DNA of 64,000 nt from Candidatus Limiplasma sp. (GTDB taxonomy: Bacteria > Bacillota > Clostridia > Christensenellales > Aristaeellaceae). The position numbers and the translations under genes are program-made. Positions 1-9,635 of the stretch are shown here, piece by piece (the stretch's first letter is position 1; each line of letters begins with the position of its first letter). The DNA is taken from assembly GCA_045540635.1 (NCBI GenBank), contig JAZQHO010000213.1:10737-74736 (forward strand). The letters are read 5' to 3'. The notes under the pieces were generated by a model. It did no database searches and was not told where the DNA came from. It was given only the letters and a program-made list of their open reading frames with translations.

Positions 1-645
1 TTCCTGCAGCGTACGGACGGTGATGTTTGCATCCCCCAGACCGACGGAGATATACTTTTCTGCATCGGGGTGCACAGTGGGTGCAGGGGTGGGCGTGGGC
101 AACGGGATATCGGCAAGGTTCAGATAGCCTGCTACGCAGTAGCCGGTCTTGCCCTCGTGCCGGATCTTGGCAAAGCCGTTTTCGTCCACATCGATCACAG
201 ATACCGCCTCGCCGGGCAGCAGGGTACGGATCACTTCCGCATCCTCCACGGGCTTTTTGCGCATCTTCACCTGCCCCGCCACCGTGGTATCGTAGGGATA
301 GGTGCTGATGGCGCTGGGCGGAGACTGCTGCAGGCTGGGGTCGGGGCTGGGATCGGGACTGGGATCCAGACCATCCACATACATGCACATGGCATAGCCT
401 ACCTGACCGTTGAACTCCACCTTGTAGTAGTCGCCGGTTTTGCCGAGAATGCGGATGGCATCTCCGGCATCGATCCGGGCAATGACCACCGCATTGGCAC
501 TGGCGCGCTTGCGCAGGTTTACATCGTCCAGAGAGAAGGTATCGTAAGGGTAGGCGGCGGCAAGCGCCGGGGCCATGGTCGTCAAAAGAACAGCCGCGAC
601 CAGAGCGGCTGCCACCATACGGAACAGGGATTGATTACGCTGCAT
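1..645 (-). CDS. Secreted SH3b-domain protein, partial (3' end lies beyond the left window edge)
   Basis: Absent from the ORF track because it runs off the edge. ATG at 645-643 is preceded by GGAGGG. Translation MQRNQSLFRMVAAALVAAVLLTTMAPALAAAYPYD... gives a signal peptide, then two SH3b-like segments (GDYYKVEFNGQVGY, NGFAKIRHEGKTGY) joined by a PSPDPSPDPS linker. Confidence 0.6.
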   Translation of the reverse strand, partial: MQRNQSLFRMVAAALVAAVLLTTMAPALAAAYPYDTFSLDDVNLRKRASANAVVIARIDAGDAIRILGKTGDYYKVEFNGQVGYAMCMYVDGLDPSPDPSPDPSLQQSPPSAISTYPYDTTVAGQVKMRKKPVEDAEVIRTLLPGEAVSVIDVDENGFAKIRHEGKTGYCVAGYLNLADIPLPTPTPAPTVHPDAEKYISVGLGDANITVRTLQE

Positions 646-805
646 TGTGCACCCTCCAACAAGGCGTATCTCGTGTGCGCCCGCCCGCGCCTTCAAAAGC
701 AGCGGTGGAAAACGCACCTTTTCTTTGCTTTGTTACCAATCCCTATTGTATGGTAAATTATTAAGTGTGTCAAGTATTTACGTCACAGTTGCGTAACATT
801 TTTGT

Positions 806-1180
806 TCAGATCTTTGCGATGGCTTCGATCTCCACCAGACCGCCCATAGGCAGGGCAGCCACCTGTACACAGCTGCGGGCAGGATAATCGCCCTCAAAAA
901 AGCTGGCATACACCTTGTTGACGGTTGCAAAATCGGCCAGATCCTTCACAAAAATGGTGGTCTTGAGAATGTTGGCATAGCCTGCGCCTGCAGCAGAAAG
1001 GATCTGCCCCAGGTTTTTCATGGCAGCATGCGCCTGCGCCTCCACGCCCTCGGCAAGACCGCCTTTTTCCACATCAATGCCCAGCTGGCCGCTGGTAAAG
1101 ATGAAACCGCCGATCTGCTGTGCCTGTGCATAGGGGCCAATGGCTGCGGGTGCCTTGTCGGTATGGATGGTCTGCTTCAT
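806..1180 (-). CDS. ridA: RidA family reactive enamine/imine deaminase
   Basis: 124 aa with YjgF/RidA signature (APAAIGPYAQA, C-terminal GGLVEIEAIA). AGGAGG RBS lies before the ATG at 1180. Confidence 0.9.
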   Translation of the reverse strand: MKQTIHTDKAPAAIGPYAQAQQIGGFIFTSGQLGIDVEKGGLAEGVEAQAHAAMKNLGQILSAAGAGYANILKTTIFVKDLADFATVNKVYASFFEGDYPARSCVQVAALPMGGLVEIEAIAKI

Positions 1181-1210
1181 AGTGTGTTTCCTCCTTGTAT
1201 TCTGTGGGTG

Positions 1211-2422
1211 TTACAGATTTGTTTCGCAGCTTTGCAGCCTGCCCCGGACGATGCGGCGGTAATTCTCCGGGTCGGTATCGCCTTCGGTGGAGAACAGCAG
1301 CACGCGGCTCTTCGTCCCCAGCTGCAGCGCCTTCCGGAGCTCTGCGTTGGCCAGCATGACGGCAACAGCAAACCCGATGCCGACTGCGCCGCTCTCGCCG
1401 GAGACCATGGCAGCATCGCCCGGCAAGGGTTCTGCCAAAAGGCGCATCCCCAGCATGGAGACCCAATCCGGGCAGCTGACAAAGGCGGCTGCATGGTTGC
1501 GCAGGATGCTCCATGATATGGGATTGGGTTCACCGCAGGCCAGCCCTGCCATCATGGTCGCCAGTTCGCCTTCCACAACGGCGATACTGCCATCGCCGCG
1601 AAGCGCACTCAGGTAGTGGCAGGCAGCCGCTTTTGCCTCCAAGACCACCACCTTGGGCGGTGCCTCCGGGAAACGGTTGACCAGATACCCGGCGACCGCT
1701 CCCGCCAGCGAGCCTACACCAGCCTGTATGAACACATGGGTAGGCGGTGCATCGCCGCCCATCTGCTCAAGCGCTTCCTCCACCATGGTACCATACCCCT
1801 GCATGATCCAGCCGGGCCCCTGCTCATAACCGGGCCATGCGGTATCCTGCACCAATATACCGCCGGGGGTCTGGGCAGCCTGCTGCGCTGCCAAGCGTAC
1901 ACAGGCATCATAGTTCATGGCTTCAACAGTGGCCTCTGCCCCTTCCCGAAGGATGTTCTGCAAACGGCTGTCTGCCGTGCCTGCCGGCATGCGCACCACA
2001 GCACGCAGCCCCAGCTGCCCGGCAGCCCATGCAACGCCCCGGCCATGGTTGCCGTCAGTGGCGGTGAACAGCACGGCATCCCCCAGCTTCTGCCGCATTT
2101 CCGGGCTTGTAAGGGCGGCAAAGGTGATATCTTCGGGCGGGCAGCCTGCCCGCTCTGCCGCATACCGGGCAATGGCATAGCTGCTGCCCAGCACCTTGAA
2201 GGCATTCAGGCCGAAGCGCTTGCTCTCGTCTTTTACATACACCCCGCCAAGCCCCAGTTTCGAAGCCATCTGTGCAAGGCTGTGGAGCGGCGTGGGCTCA
2301 TAGCCGGGAAAGCTCATATGGAATGCTCTTGCCAGTGCTACCTGCTGCGGTGTCATCAGCGAGAGCCACCTGTCCTCTCCGGCAGGCATGAGGTTGAGCG
2401 TCCAACGGATCGTCTCGATCAT
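1211..2422 (-). CDS. dpaL: Diaminopropionate ammonia-lyase (PLP-dependent)
   Basis: PLP-lysine region VKDESKRFGLNAFKVLGSSYAI plus the TDGNHGRGVAWAA block. The internal ATG at 2422 follows AGGAGGAAAGCA; the track start at 2530 has no RBS. Confidence 0.8.
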   Translation of the reverse strand: MIETIRWTLNLMPAGEDRWLSLMTPQQVALARAFHMSFPGYEPTPLHSLAQMASKLGLGGVYVKDESKRFGLNAFKVLGSSYAIARYAAERAGCPPEDITFAALTSPEMRQKLGDAVLFTATDGNHGRGVAWAAGQLGLRAVVRMPAGTADSRLQNILREGAEATVEAMNYDACVRLAAQQAAQTPGGILVQDTAWPGYEQGPGWIMQGYGTMVEEALEQMGGDAPPTHVFIQAGVGSLAGAVAGYLVNRFPEAPPKVVVLEAKAAACHYLSALRGDGSIAVVEGELATMMAGLACGEPNPISWSILRNHAAAFVSCPDWVSMLGMRLLAEPLPGDAAMVSGESGAVGIGFAVAVMLANAELRKALQLGTKSRVLLFSTEGDTDPENYRRIVRGRLQSCETNL

Positions 2423-2513
2423 TGCTTTCCTCCTTGCTGTTACAGAGCTCCTGTGCAGAAACAGCGTTCGGCACAAAACCGGACGCTGTTTCCTGCCCAT
2501 CAGGGGAACTGCT

Positions 2514-3686
2514 TTACGGTACAACGGCAATATCCAGCAGCTGGAAGATCTTACCCTCCTGCCCCTCCGCCATGCGGATCTCCACCTGATGGGGCCCCTT
2601 ATCGGAGAAGGTGATCAGCTGAGTCTGGATGTTGCCCCATGCGCCCGCATCGTAGCCCGGAAGGGTGGCTTTGCAGACACCATCCACCCAAAGCTCGGCA
2701 CTGCCCCATGTGGTATCCTTCATCTGCTTGTAGGCAATGGTCATGCGGGCGCCCTCAAAGGTAAGGGTCATTGGCTCCTTGCCATCGATCAGACCCTTGT
2801 GCCACCAGCCCATGGCATAGCTGTAGCAGCCCACCGGGCCGATGGGAAAACCACCGGTGGAAAGGATACGGCTGTCGCCGTGGCGGATGTTCTCCAGCCC
2901 CTCCAGCGGATTGCTGATGCGGATGAACCGGGGCATGGCAAAGGGTTCGGGAGCGACCTGCTCCGCTTGCTCAAAATAGTAGGCGATGGCATCTGCCATA
3001 AAGGCGTGGCCTTCGTTGTTGGGGTGTACATAATCGGCGGAATAGTCGCTCCACGTCATGTTCCCGGCCTCGATCTCCGGCCAGATGGCATCCTTGACGC
3101 TGATCATACCCAGCTGATAATGCTTGCCCAGCTTGGACATATGCTCCTGACAGGAGTTGCCGCCGCTGAGCACCGTGAACACCAGAATGACCGCAGGCTT
3201 GCACTCTGCATTGAGCAGCTGGCGCAGCAGGCTTTCATAAACACCCTGACTGACCTGATCGCCGGAATCGTTCACGGCGAACTCCACAAACACGATATCC
3301 GGCTCATGGCGCAGCACATCGGCCTCCAGACGGGTGATGCCCAGCAGCGAGGGCGTGCCGGAGATACCGGCGTTCACATAATTCAGCTTGGCAGGGTCTG
3401 CCATGTAGCGCTGCGCAAAGGCATGGGCAGACAGATAGGCGTAGCAGTGGGTCTGCTGGGGCTTTGCCAGCGCACCCTCGGTGATGGAGCCGCCCAGATA
3501 GGCAATGGTGACTTCTTCTCCGGCCTTTGCCTTATCGATTGCGGCATGGAGACGCTCGGTGTTGCCGGTTTGCATAAAGGAGCGCTCCAGCATGGTACGG
3601 GTAAACACAGAGGAGGTCTCGGCAGATGCGCACAGCAGCCCGGCACAGAGCAACAGCGCGCAGAGACGGATGCAGAACTTTTTCAT
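2514..3686 (-). CDS. Secreted SGNH/GDSL-family hydrolase (carbohydrate-esterase-like)
   Basis: Signal peptide MKKFCIRLCALLLCAGLLCASA. SGNH block I is IAYLGGSITEG, followed by DIVFVEFAVND. The ATG at 3686 has a GAAAGGAAGG RBS; the track start at 3692 is a TTG. Confidence 0.75.
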   Translation of the reverse strand: MKKFCIRLCALLLCAGLLCASAETSSVFTRTMLERSFMQTGNTERLHAAIDKAKAGEEVTIAYLGGSITEGALAKPQQTHCYAYLSAHAFAQRYMADPAKLNYVNAGISGTPSLLGITRLEADVLRHEPDIVFVEFAVNDSGDQVSQGVYESLLRQLLNAECKPAVILVFTVLSGGNSCQEHMSKLGKHYQLGMISVKDAIWPEIEAGNMTWSDYSADYVHPNNEGHAFMADAIAYYFEQAEQVAPEPFAMPRFIRISNPLEGLENIRHGDSRILSTGGFPIGPVGCYSYAMGWWHKGLIDGKEPMTLTFEGARMTIAYKQMKDTTWGSAELWVDGVCKATLPGYDAGAWGNIQTQLITFSDKGPHQVEIRMAEGQEGKIFQLLDIAVVP

Positions 3687-3797
3687 AAACAATACCTTCC
3701 TTTCGAGGAATATGCTCCATTATAGCACCGATGGCACAGAAAAGCCAACGTGAAAAGCGGCCCTGCCGCAGTTGATACCGCAGCAGGGCCGGTCTGT

Positions 3798-6698
3798 TCA
3801 GTTTGCAATGCCCAGATGGATCTTTCTGCCCTCGGGGGCTTCGCCCGCACGGAAGAAGCTGACCTGCACATCGCCGGTGATCCGGAGTGTGAGCGTACCA
3901 CCGCTGACCCCCTCCGGCAGCAGGAAGTCGATATCCTCCCAGACGGGGCGGCGCTCTTTGGCACGGGCATCGATCATTTGCTGTGCGAAGCGATCCATGG
4001 GCGGCGCACTGCGGTGTTCACAGGTGCGGGTATCGCCCTGCCAGCAGCCGATCTCATCGCCGTTGACCAGCACGGCAAGGCTACCGCCGTTCACACTCAT
4101 CACCCGCAGGGACAGGAGGCAGTGAGTCTCATCAAACAGGCAATCCCGGTAGACCGCCTTTGCACCCTCTCTGCCCGGGCAGACCGCAATGCTGCTGTTG
4201 CCCATGGTACCCTGAAGGATGGTCGCATTGGTGTGCTCATCGTAATGATCGGCAGGGGTAACGGCCGTCAGATCCCGTTTGCCGGTAGTTTCGCCTGCCA
4301 CACAGCAGCTGACCATCTGCATCTCCACGGCGCTGGAGGGGCCTGCGAAGAAGCGGTATTCCCCCGCCTCCACCATCAGCCTGCGGCTGATGACATCGTA
4401 AAAGCGCAGCTCCTCCACCGGAACGGTAAAGCTGACCTGTCGGGTCTCCCCGGGCTGTACATCGTGGAGGCGCTCAAAAGCCAGCAGCTGACGCAGGGGC
4501 TTCCGCACACGGGATGCAGGTGCAATGCCGTAGAGCTGCACCACCTCGTCAGAGATACAATTGCCGGTGTTGGTTACAGTGAGGGCAAAGCGCAGCTGAT
4601 CGCCTTCCGCTTCGGCAGTGAGCGCCCCATAGGCAAAGCCGGTATAGGTGAGCCCGTGCCCGAAGGGGAACAGCGGCGTGCCCTCAAAATAGCGGTAGGT
4701 GCGCCCGCCGCCGATGATGTCGTAATCATCAATATCGCCCAGATCGTCATCGGAGCGGTACCACGTCATGTTGAGCCTGCCCGCAGGTGAGAAGCAGCCG
4801 TAGAGAGCCTGCGCAACTGCGGTGCCCATATCCTGACTGCCGGTGGCGCTGTGCAGAATGGCAGGCACACGTTCTTCTGCGCCGCCCAGCGTGTAGGGGT
4901 AATTGCTCAGCAGCACCAGAACCGTATTGGGGTTGGCGGCAGTTACCGCATCCAGCAGGCGCTGCTGGTGCTCCGGCAGGCGCAGGGTATGCCGGTCGTA
5001 CTCCTCCTTGGCGGGGATCAGCGAATGGCTGCCCAGCGCCACCACCGCCACCGGCGCTGCCTTTGCCATACAGACGGCATTCTCCACGCCATCCTCCACG
5101 AGCTGTATGGAAACAGGCGTACCGGTACGCTTTCTGCCGGAGGTGAGTACATCCCCATCCACCTCCACAGGCCAATGGAAGCGGTTCAGCAGCAGCGTTT
5201 CCCCACCACGCTGCTCCATATGGAACACCTCCAGCACGAACCAGTTGAAGGCTTCCTTCCGCTCTGCCGCCAATGGCTGTTCCACAGAGGTGGGGCCGTC
5301 GGGCAGGGTCATGGTCAGGTAGGTGCCGGTGCGCTGGCAGCGGAAGGCGTAGCAATCTTCGCCCCAGCACTCCATCACAAACACATCGCCATCCTGCGAA
5401 AGGATCACTTTGCCGTCCTCTGCAATGCGGGCAGCCCTGTCGCCAAAGCACAAGCGCACACGATCCCAGCCGTCGGCACAGCGGTAGGGCGCATCAAGCG
5501 CATCCAGCCCGTCCTTCAGAGTGCGGCGGTAGGGAGGCTCGCCGCAGTACCAGTCCTGAAACCAGCTGTCTGCCATGGGGCCTACCAGTGCGATCTTCTT
5601 CTCCGCAGCAAGGGGAAGCAGACCATCGTTCTTGAGAAGTACTGTTGCCGCCTGTGCAGCCTTCAAAGAAACGGCCTTTGCCTCCTCGGTGCAAAGTGCC
5701 TCCTCGCCAATACCCGCATAGGGGCAGGCATCCCCGTCAAAATGACCCAGCCGCATTGCCACCATCAGCTTGGCGGCAATAGCCCTGTCCAGATCAGCTT
5801 CGGTCAGAAGCCCTTGCGCATAGGCTTCCCGGGCTGCTTTTTCCACCATGACCGGGTTATCGCTCATGCCGTCCACACCGGCCTTGACAGCCTCCGCCAC
5901 AGCCTCGGCATGGTTGCCGTAGTAATGCTGACCGGATACCACCAGTCCCAGTGCGCCGCCATCGCCCACAGCATGGGTGAGGCCGTACTGCCGCTTGAGG
6001 ATGGTCTCCACCTCATCGTTGAGGATGCCCACCTTGCCGTTGATACGGTTGTACGCCGTCATAATGCCCTGCGCACCTTGGGCGATGCAGCGGCGGAAGG
6101 GCTCCAGATACAGCTCCCAGCGGTTGCGGGGATCCACCGCCGCATTCTTCCATGTGCGCCCTTCCTCGGTATTGTTGGCATAGAAATGCTTCAGCGTGGC
6201 TGCCGTACGGATGTACTTGGGATCATCGCCCTGCATGCCCTGCAGATATGCGCCTGCCATGCAGCCGATCTGCACAGGATCCTCGCCGTAGGCTTCCTCG
6301 TTGCGGCCCCAGCGGGGATCGCGCTCGATATCCACCGTGGGTGCCCAGCGGCTGAGCCCCCGGCCTCCATGGCGCTTGTTGATCGCCCGGGCTTCGTTGC
6401 CCACCACCTGCCCGCAGGCGCGGAGCAGTTCCGGATCCCATGTAGCGCTCATGCCAATGGGCTGCGGGAAAGAGGTGGTGATATCCGCCACACCGGGGCC
6501 AAAATGATCGTTGCGCGCCTGCACGCCGTGGGCAGCCTCGCCACCAAGGCCAAAGGGCTCTACCTTGAGCCGTTCGCAGCCCGGGATGCGGGAGGCGAGC
6601 CAGCCCAGCTTTTCATCCACGGTCAGTTGCCGGAGCAGCCATTGGATGCGGGTCTCAAAGGACAGGGAAGTGTCGAAAAGAGGAGTGTTGGTTTGCAT
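3798..6698 (-). CDS. Glycoside hydrolase family 3 (beta-glucosidase/beta-xylosidase-like) with C-terminal beta-sandwich extension
   Basis: 966 aa with GH3 blocks LKHFYANNTEEGR, GIMTAYNRINGKV and FGHGLTYTGF. No signal peptide. GGGAGA RBS. Confidence 0.85.
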   Translation of the reverse strand: MQTNTPLFDTSLSFETRIQWLLRQLTVDEKLGWLASRIPGCERLKVEPFGLGGEAAHGVQARNDHFGPGVADITTSFPQPIGMSATWDPELLRACGQVVGNEARAINKRHGGRGLSRWAPTVDIERDPRWGRNEEAYGEDPVQIGCMAGAYLQGMQGDDPKYIRTAATLKHFYANNTEEGRTWKNAAVDPRNRWELYLEPFRRCIAQGAQGIMTAYNRINGKVGILNDEVETILKRQYGLTHAVGDGGALGLVVSGQHYYGNHAEAVAEAVKAGVDGMSDNPVMVEKAAREAYAQGLLTEADLDRAIAAKLMVAMRLGHFDGDACPYAGIGEEALCTEEAKAVSLKAAQAATVLLKNDGLLPLAAEKKIALVGPMADSWFQDWYCGEPPYRRTLKDGLDALDAPYRCADGWDRVRLCFGDRAARIAEDGKVILSQDGDVFVMECWGEDCYAFRCQRTGTYLTMTLPDGPTSVEQPLAAERKEAFNWFVLEVFHMEQRGGETLLLNRFHWPVEVDGDVLTSGRKRTGTPVSIQLVEDGVENAVCMAKAAPVAVVALGSHSLIPAKEEYDRHTLRLPEHQQRLLDAVTAANPNTVLVLLSNYPYTLGGAEERVPAILHSATGSQDMGTAVAQALYGCFSPAGRLNMTWYRSDDDLGDIDDYDIIGGGRTYRYFEGTPLFPFGHGLTYTGFAYGALTAEAEGDQLRFALTVTNTGNCISDEVVQLYGIAPASRVRKPLRQLLAFERLHDVQPGETRQVSFTVPVEELRFYDVISRRLMVEAGEYRFFAGPSSAVEMQMVSCCVAGETTGKRDLTAVTPADHYDEHTNATILQGTMGNSSIAVCPGREGAKAVYRDCLFDETHCLLSLRVMSVNGGSLAVLVNGDEIGCWQGDTRTCEHRSAPPMDRFAQQMIDARAKERRPVWEDIDFLLPEGVSGGTLTLRITGDVQVSFFRAGEAPEGRKIHLGIAN

Positions 6699-6887
6699 TG
6701 CTGTTGTTCTCCCTTCTGATGGGATGGTTTTTGCCCGGGGTATTTGGTTGTGGTATGCATTGATTTTTGATTATTATAGGAGACCGGGAGAGCGGTGTCA
6801 ATGGCAGAAAAGGTTGCTTGCAAAATAAAATGCCGAAACCTTCCGGCTCCGGCACATAGGGAAAGATTGATAGAAAGAGCGGCTGCT

Positions 6888-7952
6888 TTATCTGACCGCC
6901 TCCGGCAGATACCACTCTGCAGAGGGCTTGGAGATCTGCTCATCCCAAAGCACATAGAAGGCTTCCGGCGAGATCTGCTCGCTGCCCTCAAAATACTGTA
7001 CATCTTCCCCATCGCTGCAGGATCGGGCAAGCGGAACGGTATGCGGCTGACCATCCAGCACAGCATAGCCGAAGCCGCCGTCCGCAGCGCCGGAGGAGAA
7101 GCTGAAGGTGCCGTCGGTTTTCAGATCGTTCATGGCACGGTACACAAACTCGTAGCCGTACACATTGCTGCCAATAGCATCCAAAACCAGATAACCGTAG
7201 TATTCATCCGTGCCGATGGTCAGGGCGAGCACCAGCTCCCGTTCGCCGTCCCGATCCACATCCAAAAACGTGTAGCACGGGAATGTGACCGGCTGCCCGC
7301 CGTACAGCCGGGAAAGCTCATGCAAGGCCAGCTCGTCGCCCGATTGTGCATGCCGGAAGCTTTCCCCCGCATACAGCACCGCATGGAAGCGGGGCGCAAC
7401 GCGGGACAGCTCAGGCGCAGGATAACCGTGGCGGATCGGCTGCTCCGCCCGATCCCCCATAAAGACCGTTTCGGAGGGAACATAGCCGCAGAAGTTATCG
7501 CTATACACATAGTACCAGCGATCTGCCGTTTCGCCCAGAATGAGAAGAGGGGTGCCTTCCGGCAGTTCATACCGCCAGTAAGCATCTTCGGCGGGCGCTG
7601 TACGAAACGGCACAGGGTCGGCTGATGTGGTGCAGGCATGGAACTGCACGATGGGTACTGTTTCCGGCGCAGTGCCGCAGTACACATAGCGGGACATCAT
7701 ATAGCCGCTCACCTGACCGATGGTCACATGCACCCACGGGGCTGTGGGGTCGGTATGGCAGACCAGCGGAACACCGGTAAAATACAGACCGAGGGAATCC
7801 GCATCCGCAGCGGGCGCAGCCCGCAGGTGTACCCGATCCGCATCGCCGCCGTTCACATAGCCGGTCAGCTCCGCCACCTCTGCAAAAGCTTGGGGAAGCA
7901 TGGCGCACAGCAGCACAACCACGATCACCGGCAGAAGCATTCTTTTGTTCAT
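6888..7952 (-). CDS. Secreted protein with SH3b-like N-terminal modules and an unknown C-terminal domain
   Basis: Signal peptide MNKRMLLPVIVVVLLCAMLPQAFA. SH3b-like segments RVHLRAAPAADADSLG...GQVSGYM and PFRTAPAEDAY...DNFCGYV. AAGGAGG RBS. Confidence 0.6.
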   Translation of the reverse strand: MNKRMLLPVIVVVLLCAMLPQAFAEVAELTGYVNGGDADRVHLRAAPAADADSLGLYFTGVPLVCHTDPTAPWVHVTIGQVSGYMMSRYVYCGTAPETVPIVQFHACTTSADPVPFRTAPAEDAYWRYELPEGTPLLILGETADRWYYVYSDNFCGYVPSETVFMGDRAEQPIRHGYPAPELSRVAPRFHAVLYAGESFRHAQSGDELALHELSRLYGGQPVTFPCYTFLDVDRDGERELVLALTIGTDEYYGYLVLDAIGSNVYGYEFVYRAMNDLKTDGTFSFSSGAADGGFGYAVLDGQPHTVPLARSCSDGEDVQYFEGSEQISPEAFYVLWDEQISKPSAEWYLPEAVR

Positions 7953-8184
7953 ACAGCAATACCTCCTTGGAATGGATAATGTCTCTGCGCATACAACGTT
8001 TCAAAGCAGAAAAAACATCCGGCTTCATTATAGCAGAAACAGTCCAGCCATGCAGCAGATGCAATATTTATGTGGTAAAACATGATCTGCCATGGTATAA
8101 TTGACCATGATCAACAGCAGCGACTGATCTTTCATTCGCGTTTCAAATATCATCCGGCAATAAAGTTTTTGCATGGAGGCATAC

Positions 8185-9240
8185 ATGTATACCAAAGCAC
8201 AGTTGGTAAAGTATCCGTACTTTGAGAAGCTGTTTTCTACAGAAAACACCGACAATGTGGTCGATTCCCTCACCGGGCTCGTTTCCCGCCGGTACATGAT
8301 GGAGTTTATTCAGGATCTGATCGCGCGCAGTGTGCCCTTTACCTTGGCGATGCTGGATCTTGACAATTTCAAATTCATCAACGATACCTACGGGCACAAG
8401 ACCGGCGACGGCGTGCTGGCGGGGCTTTCCGGCGATCTGGCGCGCTATTTGGGCGATTACGGCGTTGCCGGCAGGTTTGGCGGAGATGAGTTTCTGATCA
8501 TCAACTTCCGGGATCTGGAATACGATGCCATCAAGGCCTTCTTAATCGGTCTCTATTCCGACTACAACGTGCTCAGAAAAAACATTCTTCTGGAGGACTG
8601 TGAACCCTTTGTGACCGGTACCATCGGCAGTGCCGTATTCCCCAAGGATGCGCAGGATTACACCACGCTGTTCGGCTTGATAGACAAGGCGCTGTACAGG
8701 GGCAAGACCAAGGGCAGAAACTGCCACATCATCTATGTGGAAGAAAAGCACAAGGATATCTCCATCCAGGAGCTGGCAGGCCGGGGGATGTACACGATCT
8801 TCCACGATCTTTCCTGCCGGTTCGACTCTCAGACCGCCCTGTCCGACAAACTGAAAGCGTTGCTGGACATCCTGTACGATGACATGCGGATCTCCGATCT
8901 CTACTATGCAGGGCACGACAACTGTTTCCGCAATGTGAGCGCAGGGGCATCTCTGGGCGAAGTGACCGATCTGGACAAGCTGATCAAAAACGATATCTAT
9001 ACCACAAACGAGATACAGAATATCGAAACCCTGTCGCCCAGCATGTATGCGCTGTGCCGGAGGCAGGAATTCGAAACGGTGCTGATCATCCGCGTGGGCA
9101 TACAGGATGAGACCTTCGGCTATCTGGTCTGTGCCGAGCCGAAAAATCTCCGCATCTGGCAGGATGATGAGTATGCCATCATGTTCTTTATTGCCAGAAT
9201 GCTGGCGGTGTACATGCAGGCTTCGGGAGAGAAGATCTGA
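8185..9240 (+). CDS. Diguanylate cyclase: N-terminal GGDEF domain plus C-terminal GAF-like domain
   Basis: LDLDNFKFINDTYGHKTGDGVL and an intact RFGGDEFLI active site. C-terminal FGYLVCAEPKNLRIWQDDE looks GAF-like. The ATG at 8185 follows GGAGG with a 6-nt spacer; the track start at 8173 is also possible. Confidence 0.8.
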   Translation: MYTKAQLVKYPYFEKLFSTENTDNVVDSLTGLVSRRYMMEFIQDLIARSVPFTLAMLDLDNFKFINDTYGHKTGDGVLAGLSGDLARYLGDYGVAGRFGGDEFLIINFRDLEYDAIKAFLIGLYSDYNVLRKNILLEDCEPFVTGTIGSAVFPKDAQDYTTLFGLIDKALYRGKTKGRNCHIIYVEEKHKDISIQELAGRGMYTIFHDLSCRFDSQTALSDKLKALLDILYDDMRISDLYYAGHDNCFRNVSAGASLGEVTDLDKLIKNDIYTTNEIQNIETLSPSMYALCRRQEFETVLIIRVGIQDETFGYLVCAEPKNLRIWQDDEYAIMFFIARMLAVYMQASGEKI

Positions 9241-9254
9241 GGGCTGCTGCGGAC

Positions 9255-9290
9255 AAAAGCCTTGGGAAGAAGCGTTTTCCCAAGGCTTTT
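9255..9290 (+). terminator. Rho-independent terminator after the GGDEF gene
   Basis: 14-bp perfect stem AAAAGCCTTGGGAA / TTCCCAAGGCTTTT with an 8-nt loop. The T-run is part of the 3' arm. Confidence 0.7.
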
Positions 9291-9363
9291 GTTATGGTTT
9301 GGGCAGGGGCTGATGGTTTGGGGGAAGAAAAAAACGCTCGATCACAATGGATCAAGCGTTCTG

Positions 9364-9440
9364 TGGTGGGATTAGTAGGGCTCGAACCTATGACCTCCAC
9401 GATGTCAACGTGGCGCTCTAACCAACTGAGCTATAATCCC
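9364..9440 (-). tRNA. tRNA-Val (anticodon GAC)
   Basis: Reverse complement GGGATTATAGCTCAGTTGGTTAGAGCGCCACGTTGACATCGTGGAGGTCATAGGTTCGAGCCCTACTAATCCCACCA folds as a cloverleaf. Acceptor GGGATTA/TAATCCC, anticodon stem CCACG/CGTGG with loop TTGACAT, TTCGAGC T-loop, encoded CCA. Confidence 0.93.
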
Positions 9441-9468
9441 ATGCCGTCGTTTCCGAAGCAGCTATATA

Positions 9469-9497
9469 AATATACTACACACCCGTCAAAATTGCAA
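9469..9497 (-). promoter_or_regulatory. Putative sigma-A promoter for tRNA-Val
   Basis: On the minus strand: TTGCAA - 17 nt - TATATT, about 28 nt upstream of the tRNA 5' end. Confidence 0.45.
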
Positions 9498-9558
9498 GCC
9501 CTTTTTTCAACTTTTTCTGTGAAAGCGAAAAAAAGCCCGCATCGCCATGCACCGCATC

Positions 9559-9594
9559 AAAAACCGGGGTCTGTGCGCAGCGCACAAACCCCGG
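9559..9594 (-). terminator. Rho-independent terminator after the GH43 gene
   Basis: Minus strand reads CCGGGGTTTGTGCGC-TGC-GCACAGACCCCGG (one mismatch) followed by TTTTTG. Confidence 0.65.
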
Positions 9595-9635
9595 TAAAAC
9601 CTTGTTCTGGCGTAACAGCCTTGGTAGGCTGCTCA

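Noticed and set aside
9241-9635. The tRNA-Val locus as a possible genomic-island integration site.
   Set aside because: No integrase, no direct repeat of the tRNA 3' end, and no compositional break or accessory genes on either side. The tRNA has its own promoter and sits between ordinary genes.
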